Shown here: positions 37,583-48,862 of the stretch, piece by piece
Layout: every line of letters begins with the position of its first letter
Numbering within the stretch: the first letter of the stretch is position 1
Assembly (NCBI RefSeq): GCF_009914755.1
Contig: NC_060936.1
Direction: 5' to 3' (one strand)
Source of the DNA: the human T2T-CHM13v2.0 reference genome, Homo sapiens
Length of the DNA: 64,000 nucleotides
Position numbers and translations under genes: made by a program
Notes under the pieces: model-generated
What the model was told of the DNA's origin: nothing
The model's input: the letters and a program-made list of their open reading frames with translations, nothing else
The model's database searches: none

Positions 37583-38269
37583 TAAATTATCTGGTGTAAG
37601 CATCCACCTTGTTATCAGACACTGTGCTGAATAATTCTGCCTTTAGCTAAAACACCATTAAGAATATTTAAAGGAAAGTATCTATTTCAGAAGGCAATTA
37701 CAAAAGAGAAGTTCCAAAAATAATTCAATTAATAAGCAACATCAATGGAATAACTATATAGCCTCTCAAGATGACTTCTTTGAAGGGGACAGCATTGAAT
37801 TAGGTGTACAAGTTGAGAAATTTGAACTTGCAGAAAATAAATCACACTCATGAGCAATGTAATTGGTCTGTAAATTTTTCTGGCTATTCCTGTTCCAGCG
37901 CCTTCTGATTTTCCTTAGAAATTGTTCTCTTTCTGGGGTGCTCCTCCTCTTCCAGCTCTAAGTTCATTTTATCTACCTAAGCACTCCTCACATATTTTAC
38001 ACTTATCAAAAACATTAGTAAAATTTTATGACAATATACAAAATATTCTTCTCCAAAGTATCCTTTCATCATTCATATCTGTCAGCAGCATATAGATTAA
38101 TCATTCACACTGTGTTTTCATGAGTAATTTCTTGTGGTGTGAGAACATTTAGCCATTACTGAGGAGCATGCAAATATACATCAGCCTTGAGCAAGATGCC
38201 CTTTGAATAGCAGAACAAACCCATCCATTCACTGGTAATGAAAAGTGTGAAAAAATAATTGGGGGTGTG

Positions 38270-38430
38270 GTCACTTCTAGACATGTGATCTTGGCACCTG
38301 AATCTCAGTTATTCTTCTCTAAAATGGAGACATCATTTTACTTCCAGCTTATCAGAGAAGTCTGTTGTGATGACCAAATGAAAGAGTGGATAGGAAAACT
38401 ATATAAAATATGATACAAATATAAGGTTAT
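38270..38430 (+). mobile_element. MIR fragment
   Basis: tgtgatcttggc...ctcagtt...taaaatggaga...ttgtgatgaccaaatga. Confidence 0.6.
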
Positions 38431-38900
38431 TTAATAGGAAAAATTCAGAAAAAGAATATATTAGCATAATTTGAGTGTCTAAAGGCAAGAAAGTTGCTTG
38501 ATTTTAAACCTCAGTGAATAAGTGTGATAACCACATTTTAACAAGACTCAATTATCAATGAAATACATCTGAAAAATGGAGATTGGCTTCTACATATGGA
38601 GGCTAAACTAGATCAAATGGCTATATTAATCAATTTAACTTTCCATAAGACCTGAAAATATCCAACTACCCTTGGATCTGGCTGTACTTTGTCGATTTTT
38701 AATATTAATTAGAACCTCGAAACGTTCATGTGTGAATCCTGGGTAAAGGATTAAATTATAATTAAGAGATGCCATAGCTATTCTATTTCTCTCCAAACAT
38801 GTCATCCTCAAGTACACAGTCAAAAAGCTTTGCTTCAAGTGGCAGCCAAATGCAGAAGTTCTGCCCATGAGACTCAAATCCCCTGGAAGTCCCATCAAGG

Positions 38901-38901
<1 letters not shown>

Positions 38902-38946
<45 letters not shown>
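38902..38946. repeat. (TG)~22 perfect microsatellite
   Basis: Direct reading. Confidence 0.98.
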
Positions 38947-38948
<2 letters not shown>

Positions 38949-39034
38949 TTTAAATTGCTTGATTTGTCTCTAGAATGTAGTTTGAACCTTAAGAAACCAG
39001 ATGGTCTGCCTCATATAGTTCTAATATTACACAG

Positions 39035-39205
39035 AATCTCACATTGCTAAAACTAGGAGAGAACTTAGAAATTATCCATAGAGAACCTTCATTTTAGAGA
39101 GGAGAAAATAGGTCCCAAGATGCAAAACAACTTTGCCAAGGTGACCTGCCTGTTCAGGACTGGAGCTTAAGTCTTCTGACTCTCAGCTCAGGGTCCTTCC
39201 ATGAT
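39035..39205 (-). mobile_element. MIR
   Basis: cttcattttagagaggagaaaataggtccca...gccaaggtgac...tcttctgactctcag. Confidence 0.7.
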
Positions 39206-39719
39206 CACCAAGTGAAGTAAAATCAGTTCCACAGAGCTCCAGATGTGCATTTTAGCATTCTTGAATCACATGGCACATCCTGGACTATATAGATCCCTAA
39301 TACAGACTGCATAAAACAAAATCTATCTTAGATGATTAATCTACCTGCTTGCCTGCTTGTTGAGAAAGAGCCTCAGAATCCTGATGGGCTCAGAGCCAAT
39401 ACATTTGCTTTATATGGCCAAAGTCACACCACAGTGAGCTTAATGGGATCAGGCTAAGGTTAAAGAGCCCTTCTGCCTCTCTGACTCTGGCCATGCCACT
39501 CCAAGCTCATCTACTGCACCACGTTGATACCCACAGCAATGATTTAGCGGCATACCTTGAGTGGGAGGCACTCGAAGGAGCTCTACCAGAATTTTCCCAG
39601 CCAACCAACAGCCCTAGAACTACAGTACTTACTTTACCCCGCATGTCTTTACAAGCACTAGATTTTTAAAATTAATATCTGCTAATGTGTCAATCAGAGA
39701 AGAGATAGCATCTCATTTC

Positions 39720-39845
39720 ATCCAATCTTTTCATCTTCAGATGAAACAGACAAAGCCCAGCAGGGCTTTTGTGATTAGATGACAAGGCTGAGAATAGGAC
39801 CCAGGTGTCCTAACCCCTAGTCCGGTGTTCTTTCCATGTGCCACC
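39720..39845 (-). mobile_element. MIR fragment
   Basis: cagatgaaac...ggacccaggtgtcctaacccctagtccggtgttctttcc. Confidence 0.65.
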
Positions 39846-40139
39846 ATGCTTTTAAAAAGTGGCGGTTTTTCATATCTCTCATTTTCCTTCTCTAGCTATT
39901 AAAAGTAAAGTGATAAAAGAACACAGTTCCAGGCAAGGGACAAATTCTTGACCCCCTCTTTTTTTGCAATTTTCTGGCTCTGAAAAGCTGTAACTCTGTA
40001 ACTTTGTATCATGCATGTGTCACCTTCTAAAGCCTTCAGCTTCCTCATCTATAAAACAGGTGGTTCATACCATCTTACTTGTCTGGTGTGAGAAGCTACA
40101 GGGAGGATCCTTTGACCTGTTGTTTATCTCTACATTTCT

Positions 40140-40265
40140 TTTCTTCTTTTTTAAACATAGTTTTTAGTGTGTATATGTAAGGTATCCAACATGATTTTAT
40201 GGGATACATATAGATAGTAAAAAAGATTACTCTAGTGAAGCAAATTAACTTATCACCTCACATTT
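40140..40265 (-). mobile_element. L1MA-type 3' end fragment
   Basis: gtgtatatgtaaggtatccaacatgatttt...aagcaaattaacttatcacctcacat. Confidence 0.75.
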
Positions 40266-41036
40266 CATCTGATTAATACTGTTCTTAGTAATATTGCTAT
40301 AATTCTGTTATTATTAGCTGCTGTTATTACTCTCTACCATGTGAATGGAAAAAACACAATTCTTTTGAAAGACTAGAGTTTCTTTTTAGAAATTATGATT
40401 ATTTATACACAGTACCTCTAGAAATAGTAGAAACAATTTCCCAAAGGATTAGAAATAGTGGACTTAAAACTTTTAAAAGCTACCTAATTACAGACTGGTA
40501 TTGGAGAAAAGAGGCAAAGATATTTAAAAATTAGATTTTCAGTGTTCTAGTTTAGATAGACTAAACAGAAATTTCTGAATTTTTCCCAGCTAAGAAATTC
40601 ATAATTATCAAAATAAATCCAAAATGATTAATCCAGTTTAGCGTGGTCAACATGGCAGGCAAGATTATTACAATCTGGTCAACAATGTCCTCTTTTTAAG
40701 GAAGAAGGATTTGAAGAAGTTTTAAATGATTCCTTTGAGATATGTCATATATAAAAATATTAAACTCTGTGGTTGGACAATATAATTAGAAATGCCAGTT
40801 TCCTAAGCTGTTCTTTTAGGCAAAATGATACCTTGTAGAGAAGCTCAGGAATAACTAATTTAAAGAGCAGACTGTAATATTAGTTTATGTTTACTTGAGA
40901 TGGGTTAAAAATAGTTTGTCTTCCAGTGGACAACACATTTTCTCTGAAATGGTGTTTATACCATTAATTTATTTTGCAAACCATTCTTCACAAATCATAA
41001 AATGTTCAAGTTTGGGCTAGTTCATATCACAGTTAT

Positions 41037-41134
41037 TTAAATTCTAAATTAGTGGTGTTAAGTTAATGAGATATATTAAAGTATCTTAAATTCTAAATTA
41101 GTGGTGTTAAGTTAATGAGATATTAAAGTATCTT
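41037..41134. repeat. Tandem duplication, 49 + 47 bp
   Basis: ttaaattctaaattagtggtgttaagttaatgagat(at)attaaagtatc twice; copies differ only by a 2-bp indel. Confidence 0.95.
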
Positions 41135-41789
41135 GAACAGTGATTGATACAAATTTAATATACCTCTTATCTCCTACTGGTGGTGAGAAATGTGCTTTAG
41201 CCCCTTAGTAGTTTGGGCTGAACTGAATTCATGAGAGGTGTAAGTGGCAATGTGTAAATTCACCATCTATTATGAAGAAAAAGTGCTTTCAGCCCCCTTG
41301 GCCTAACAATAAAAAATTTCAGAGAGCTATTACCTGGATTCTGTTTCACAACTGAATACCATGAATTAGTTTAATCTGCAATGAAAGAAAACAGAGGAGG
41401 ACTGATATAAGAAGGTAGAGAACATTAACCTCCCTCCAGAAAGATGCTGTCTTTGGCCAATTATCAAAGCAATGAGAATTTTAAGGAGTTCTGTCACCAG
41501 CTGTGATAACCTCCTATCTATGCCACCTTTCACCAAGCAGGGTCAATGTGGCAGGCCATGGCTAGGGAACAATGCTCTCTAGACTTACCTACGGGTCCAT
41601 CTGGGATGAAATGGAGGAACTCATTCTCATTAGTAAGATATTCTCATTCAAATGAATGAAAAAAATCTGGACAATGCCCCAAAATGCTTAGTGGTGAGAG
41701 GTGAATAGAAAGAAAATAAAGGGGAGAAACAGTAACTAAAGAGGGAAAGAATACAGTGTATATAACACACGTACACACTCATACTGCAA

Positions 41790-42312
41790 CAGGCAGTGTA
41801 GCGAGGTGTTTAAGAACAAGGGCACAGTTCTTAAACAGTGTAATAGTCACAGTCTCCATTCAAATCCTGCACCCACCAGTTCTGAAGCTGTGTGGTCTTG
41901 CAAGTTATTTAACCTCTCTTTCCTTATTTTCTTCACCATAAAAAATATAAATAATAATATTACCTATCTCATAGGATTGTTGTGTTTCGATATATATAAA
42001 GGGGATGTGAGGGTGATCTGGCTGCGGCATCTGTCACTCCATCGATTGCCAGGGTTGATTCAGCTGATCTGGCTGGCTAGGCGGGTGTCCCCTTCCTCCC
42101 TCACTACTCCATGTGCATCCGTCCCTAAGCTGCAGGCTCAGTGGAAGAGGATGACCATTCCCAATAAAGGAGGACCGGTCTTCGGTCAAGGGTATGTGAG
42201 TAGCTGGGCTTCCATTCTAGAACCTCCAAACAAGCTCTCAACATATATAAAGGACTTAGAATTCTCCCTATCACAGAGTAAGCATTATGTATTAGTTGTT
42301 ATTATTATTACC
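41790..42312 (+). mobile_element. MIR split by the 7SK retrocopy
   Basis: gcaagttatttaacctct...tacctatctcataggattgttgtg [7SK] aaaggacttagaa...agtaagcat...tattattatt. Confidence 0.85.
42003..42241 (+). pseudogene. 7SK snRNA retropseudogene, 3'-truncated at about nt 239, no poly(A)
   Basis: ggatgtgagggtgatctggctgcggcatctgtcac...ggaccggtcttcggtcaagggta...aacctccaaacaagctctcaa matches RN7SK nt 1-~239; TSD atatataaagg (41992-42002 / 42243-42253). An RN7SKP locus; I am not certain of its number. Confidence 0.96.
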
Positions 42313-42344
42313 TATTTTTTACATTGCCTGGGTGTCAGGGGAGT

Positions 42345-42490
42345 TAGCATTTGAAGGGACTTTTGGATCACAGTCTAACTGTTCATATTTAGAGCTGAAC
42401 ACTCTGAAGCTTGGGACAATGATGTCATGCTTTGGCCCATTTAGTTGAGTCTGGGTCTCCTAATTCCTGGATCTCTGTTTTTCCATAATA
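42345..42490 (-). mobile_element. MIR fragment
   Basis: ttgaagggacttttggatcacagtctaac...ctgggtctcctaattcc. Confidence 0.55.
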
Positions 42491-45119
42491 CTACCAGTTC
42501 AGTATATTCTCTCTCATTCCTATAACATCCAAAACTATTAAGGCTTGGGAATATTTGTTTTGTTCTTACTATGATTAGTTACCCCTGTGAGGTTTTTTTG
42601 CAGTGGGCAGTCACTAAATCATACCACTTCAATATAAAGTTCACTTTCCAAGGAAGGCAAAAGATGTGCTCATACCTCCATAATTTTAGTCTAGAATAAA
42701 TGATTCCTCAAAATGATCCCCCTTCTGACCTCCCAGATCCCTGCTTTGAACACTATGTAATTCTCTTTAAAATCCCTTTGGAGAGAACACATTCTTGATT
42801 ATGTGTGAAGGTACCACACTTCCTTAGGGAACTAGTGAGGCTGCCTTTTGATGCCAATTAATCAAATGTGCAGAATACCAAAGTTGCTTCTCATTTAGCT
42901 CTATGCACAGAACTCAGTGATGAAAAATGAAATTCCTCTTTGTGCTCATGCTCACGACTCTTAGTCACCTCTACTATAGGTGAGACCTGGTAAGGTGCTA
43001 CAGGAAAGCCAGACTTATTAGACAATGTTAGAAAGGTAGAAATCCCCAGAGAGAAGAAACCAAGTAGCTTTTCTGCATAATGTTACTGTCACTGGATTAT
43101 TTTTCCTTTTAGTTCATATTTCCATGCTGTATATAAGTTAAAATCACTTTCTTAAAACACTGAATAAAATTCCTTTCTTCTTCCAGAGATTAGGTGTTCA
43201 GTATGTTGGAATGCAGCCCAGAGTAGGTAGGCTATCAAAACTAAGTGGTGAGACCTTCCCAGAGAAAATACCAAGGCAGATCAAAGGCTAGCTGATCACT
43301 GACTACGTTATCTCTTTTTTGTGACTATTAATAATTTTAAGGTGAAGGCTTGTCTTTCTGACATCCATTTTAGCTCACAGGCTGGAAAAACTATTCAGGG
43401 GCTATGTAAACAATGACTGGCAAAGATTTCTCTAGGACATTCAACTATGGCAGGAAGACTTTCCTTCCTGTGAACTTTCAGGCCTACTGAAAGAATGTAC
43501 TCAAGGCCTACTGAGCATATGTACTCAAGAAGCCCTTGGGTAAGAACCTAAAGTGACCTAGGTATGATATCAACGGAAAAGAATAAGAAGGCTTTTCTCT
43601 CCCTTTTGATCTTTCTCCATTTCCTCAATTTGTCCTTTCTGTAGCCTCTCTCTACTTCCTCTTACACATTGGGTGGTCAACAAAATCAACACACAGGAAA
43701 TATCTCCATACACACAGTTCCTGCCCCATCTGTAGCTACCATATTTTTGACTTCACAATTCCCTCTAACAGCTCTGCCAAAGGGGGCAAAATGGTAGATG
43801 AATATATGATGAGTTGGTGATGGCTTCACTTACAGGGCTGGAGAGTGGAAGTTATGAAGAATTGTCACTCATGGAAAAAGAAGGTTATAATTTAGTTTTC
43901 CAGTAATGGTTGGCAGAGTTCTTCAAGTGAAGATTTATAGAAGTGATTATGTTGAATTGGGAGGAGGAGAGGGTCAAAGGAGGGAGGATCTTCCAGGGTC
44001 AAGGGGACATTTCCAACAGAGAGAAGACTCAAGATGCCTGGGTGAAGATTATGTCTTTAGGGGAGACAGGCATGTCATGCTATGTATGTGAGACAGAGAG
44101 AGTGGTGGAAGCTGTTGACTCATTCAAAAACATATCTCTGACTTCAGAAAACCCAGTCATAAACCACACCTACCATACAGATAAAATCCTTTCACATAGG
44201 GAACGAAATCATTTCTCCCAAGGAAAGACCAGAGTAATGAGAGAGATGCAAAGTGGAATATAATCTGGGAATGGAGAAAGTGAACTGACAGGAAGATTTG
44301 TTTGCAATAAGGAGTTTGTTAATGTGGTTCCTGTAGCACATTCTGGAGAACAGCTTTCTGGGCTACAGTTCAGTGAGATGAACAGTCTCTAACAGTAGGG
44401 TTGGTTTTAAGGGTACAGGAAATTTGTACTAGATGGCAGTGAAAGGGATATTATGGATCTGAAAACTGTGAAGCCAAATGTGTACATAATCAAAGAAAAT
44501 ACATCTAGATGAGAAAAACCACAATGCAAAAGTGCTGGTCAAAAGTTATCAGTCAAACCCACATCTTATATTTCTAGAGTTTCTTTAAGTTTCACTCTAA
44601 CGCAGTACATTATGGCACTGTTTCTAGACCAGGTTAGAATAAAGAGGTTGGGGAAGATCAAATTTATTTATGTATTTAGTTAAAGATATCCATTGATCTT
44701 TTCCAATATTCTAAAATGAGATTGACCCTTGAGTCAGAATTTCAAGCAAGATGAGGCCAAGAGTTTCTTCAAACCAAACCCCATTTCCTTCTTTTCTCAT
44801 CCTCAAGAGGACAGCACCATGAACCCCAATTGCATCTTCACTGGGAAGCTGAAAGAAACGTGTAATCATCTCTCCCTGCTGTACTGTGTGGGGGCTAGAA
44901 CTCTGCTGTTCCTTCTTTGTCAGGGGATCCTAGCTCTTTCTCTCCCTCTGTAGGTTGATGTTTCCATGGAAACATGCTCTTTAATGCTTCTGAAATTACT
45001 GTGCATTTATACCATTAACTCTTTTTTGACCAGGGCAAATCACAAAGAGATTTTTCAACCCCTATGAAAAAGTAATTTTATTTTCTATCTCTTCTTACTG
45101 GGAACTTTTAAAAAAAGTA

Positions 45120-46150
45120 ATTGGCGCCTGATGACCCTATTTCCTCCCCAGACTTCACTCCTTAACCCTTGTAATCTTTGCTTTTGCCTCTCTTTTCTAC
45201 TGAAACTATCACAGCTGCAAAATCATCAATAATCAAACAAGGTTGATATGATTTGGCTGTCTGTCCATCCAAGCAAGGATGTGTGTCCCCTCCAAACCTC
45301 ATGTTGAAATTTGAACCCCAATATTGGAGGTGGAGCCTAATGGAAGCTGTTTGGGTCATGAAAAGATTAATGCCCTCCCTTGGGGATAAGTTCCTTTTTT
45401 ATCAGGTCCCATGAGAACCAGTTGTTAAAAAGAGTCTGGGTGCACCCCCCTCCCCGACCTTGCTTCTTCTCTCACCATGTGATCTCTCAACATGCAGTGT
45501 CTCTTTCACCTTCCCCCACGAGTAGAAGCAGACTGAGGCCCCCATCAGAGGCAGATGCCCAATATTGAACTTTCCAGCCATCAGCATCATCAAAAAGTAA
45601 ACCTTTTTCCTTTACAAATTACCAGCCTTGAGTTTTCTTTATAGCAACACAAAATAAACTAAGACAAAGATCAACAAAAATAAAATCAGTAGCCTTTGCT
45701 GTATCATCATTCTCCTAAGTGTTCTATAGTCTCTAACAGTTGATACTCCCAGTTTTTTTTAGCAAGTCCCTTTTTTGTACTTTATTATTTAAAGTAGGAT
45801 AATATCTTGGTTCTCCTTATACAACTCAGGCTAGTCATCTCTCCATTTTTTCTCCACTTTGACTTGAAACTCCCCAATTTGGGGGTATGCCAAGGTTCAG
45901 TTTTGAGCCCATATTGTCTCCCTCTGAGATGCATTCACAGCCATAACATCAACAATCATGCCAAGGTCTCCAAAATCCCTATCATAGGTTCCACCAATTC
46001 CCTGACCTTCAGCTCAATATTTCTGATTGGAATGTTCTACTTGAATGCTCAGATCAAACTTAACATGACCAAGTCCAAGCCAGGTTCCCCTGTGTCTTTA
46101 GACAATGAGACCACCACACTTACAGCTTTAAAACTGTTACAGCTTTGTCT
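45120..46150 (+). mobile_element. L2 ORF2/RT fragment interrupted by an MST LTR
   Basis: Translates GVCQGSVLSP (L2 RT motif GVPQGSVLGP) at ~45880; tcaaacttaacatgaccaa is L2-typical. Confidence 0.7.
45244..45666 (+). mobile_element. MSTB-type MaLR solo LTR
   Basis: tgatatgatttgg...cctcatgttgaaatttga...ctttatagcaacacaaaataaactaagaca; TSD aaggt/aagat. Confidence 0.9.
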
Positions 46151-46434
46151 TCTCTCTTTCTGTTATAATTTCATCTTTAACACATGAATGAAAGGAAGAA
46201 TTAGCTGGCTGCTCTTAGGCACTGGATTCCCAGGATGAATCAAATCAATTAAAAGTCAACTGTAGTTTAGCTTCATGTACAAAATATGCTGACTGACATT
46301 TTTCCCCTCTTCAGCACATAGTTTCAGAACTTTGTCTCCACAAGGTAAATGAATCTCATAGCTTTCTGATCTATAAGTGAAGTTGCTTGGAAGTCTTATT
46401 TCTGCTCTGGCTGCTCAATTTTTTAAAAAACCCA

Positions 46435-46625
46435 ACAATGTTACCATTTATTGAGCACATGCCTAGCCTTGTTTTTGGTGCTTTACATTATTTTACATTC
46501 TCACATCAATGATATAAAATAATAGGTAAATACTATAATGAAGGCCCAAGGTTGGGAGCACTGGGAGTTGAATCCATCCACTTCTGAATGATTCTAAAGC
46601 CCATTTTCCTTCCAATGCCCCACGC
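46435..46625 (-). mobile_element. MIR fragment
   Basis: ccatttattgagcacatgc...gtgctttacat...aaagcccattttccttcc. Confidence 0.6.
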
Positions 46626-47349
46626 TAAGAACAATGTTGTCAAGAGAAGCAATGGTCAGTAGAGAAGAAAAGAAAGAAGCCACAAACTTCTAAGATGGTA
46701 GAACTAAAATTCAAATCCAGATCTGAATGGCTCCAAGCCCTAGGCTCTTGATTATGATTTATACACCAACCAGTGGTCCATCAGTTGTTTTAAATTGTCC
46801 CTGATGCCATCACCATAAAGATGCCTACAGGAAAGTCAACTAAACACACAGGCTTTTTACAGCCCTAAGAGAGACCAGAGGCACATTACTGGTAAGGAGC
46901 TATGTTCATAGGATAATTAGAGAACCCCAGTCTCTAAGGGCTGTCAATCTGTCATATTTCACAAGCACTAACCCAAAAAAGTGAAGAAATTGAATGAATT
47001 TGCCTTATAAAAAAACAGGAGAAAAACCACACAGCAGTAAGCTTGACTGGACTTATAGAGGAATTAATTCTTAGATCGTGCTCTGGAAGGAAGTCAGTTA
47101 TGAAAGTCTAAGACTGAATTCTTGGAGTTCTTGTTAAAGGCAGACAATAAGAGCTAGAATATTTATTTGGTTTGGTTAATAGTGACAAAAACTTATCCTG
47201 CTTTGGCACAGAATATCCAAATTCTCTCTGGACTTAAAAATACAATATTAAAGTATTTCTTTGGAGCTATAGTCAACTCTCAAATGCCCTCAATAGGACA
47301 GGCTGATCTTCACTTATGATCTGGACAATCAAATACATAAATTAGTCTC

Positions 47350-48660
47350 AGTACTTACCCTGTTTGATCTCTCCACAGATTCACACCGTAGAATAGCTCC
47401 TTCCTTTGAAATTGCTTTCTGTCTAGATACTACCATGCTATGTTATCTTAGTTCTCCTCCTTCATCTGTGATTTCTCCTTCTTTACTGGATGCCTTTATC
47501 TTTTCTCTTATTTTACTTTTTAAAGGAAATTCAAAACAGGCTGTTTATTTCTCATTTTATGCAGATATCAGCCATTCCCATGGCACAAACTCTTCTTCTA
47601 AGTGGATTAGTCCAATTCTTCTCCTCCAGGTCTGACCTCTTATTCCCCATTTCCATCCTTTGCCAGTCATCTCCACTTGCACTTATCCCTATTACAAACT
47701 CTTAGTGCCTGAAATTGATTGGCTTTATCTTTTCTCTCAAAATAGCTGACTTTCAATTCTTCCTCTCTCTCAATGAGTTAAAACTTATGAAGCACTTGGA
47801 AAGGTGCCTGGCACATAGTAGGCACTCAGTAAATATTAACTAGCCTTATTCCTTTAGTCTTGAAATCTTCCAGCTGTCTCCAACATTTTTCTTTTAATTT
47901 CCCATGCCCAATCCATCCTCCAAAACTTCCCTTTCTTTACAAAATGATTCTTACATTTGTCCCTTCTTTTCTACTCCCTAAATGTTTACCCTAGACCAGG
48001 CATATATCCACTCATACCCAGATACTTGCAACAGCCTCCTCCTGGGCCCTTTGCCTTATATCATTGCCACCCTCCCCAATACTATCCCCATTTAATCTTA
48101 CCGTGAGATTTCTTAGTGCCACATCACTACTTGCTCAAACATCTCCAATGGCTCCGCACTGCCTAGAGCCAAAGTCTGCTCTCGGCAAAGGTTCTCTACA
48201 CCCTGGTCCCTTCTACCTGTTTGGAATTCTCTCATCTTTACATGAACTCTTGCTGAAGCCAAGAACCATCTTTGCTGTCCCCTGACAAACATTATTTACA
48301 CTTTCTGCCTCTTCCATTTTCTCTCAATTGAGCATAATCCAACTCTTGCTCATGCTTATGGACTCAGATCAAATCTTATCCTCTCTCTACACTTTCCTAT
48401 CAATCTGAGGGCTTCTCCCCTCTTCTCTCCTCTTGTCTTATCTTGCCTCCAGTCCACATTTCAACATTTCATTTATTGTTCACTTGACTTGTTCTGTTCC
48501 CTTTTATTACTTAATTTTTTACTTGTCTGTATCTTGTCTTCCATGATAGACAACATACTATTTAAAGGTAAAAATCAAATCTCGTCCTTCTGTTATCCTT
48601 TGCAGAACCCAAACTAGTATCTTGCTTGTGGTAAGTATTCAATAATACTTATTGATTTGT
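47350..48660 (+). mobile_element. L2 (with MIR tail inserted at ~47770-47850)
   Basis: tttgatctctccacag...ctccttcctttgaa...gcaacagcctcct...ctccaatggctcc...gtaagtattcaataat. Confidence 0.75.
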
Positions 48661-48745
48661 TTTTCACTTGCAGAAGACTAGTGTTGAAATCCTCCCATGC
48701 TACTTCCTCACTTCTCATTCCCACCCACACCCCTTCTATGTCACA

Positions 48746-48746
<1 letters not shown>

Positions 48747-48788
<42 letters not shown>

Positions 48789-48824
48789 CACACGCACAAT
48801 CTATTTACAAATACTTTTTTTTGC

Positions 48825-48862
<38 letters not shown>
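48747..48862. repeat. Compound (CA)~20 ... (CT)~9(CA)~10 microsatellite; (UG)n in GRIN2B pre-mRNA
   Basis: Direct reading. Confidence 0.97.

Noticed and set aside
37386-37603. Low-complexity and Alu-derived ORFs (also 27327-27649, 48614-48936, 16526-16711, 32536-32826, 57962-58261)
   Set aside because: Translations of simple repeats or Alu sequence.
41806-42354. Longest ORF in the track (182 aa)
   Set aside because: GTG start, runs across MIR and 7SK pseudogene sequence, antisense to GRIN2B; chance open frame.
43480-43529. 24-bp tandem duplication aggcctactga....atgtactca
   Set aside because: Small, diverged slippage product with no functional hint.
44424-44441. CTCF-like gtactagatggcagt (also 52386-52404 and 43774-43790)
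   Set aside because: Key core positions mismatched and no upstream motif; too weak without ChIP data.
47350-47365. Strong sense donor AGG|gtaagt
   Set aside because: Inside L2 with no plausible acceptor within exon distance upstream.
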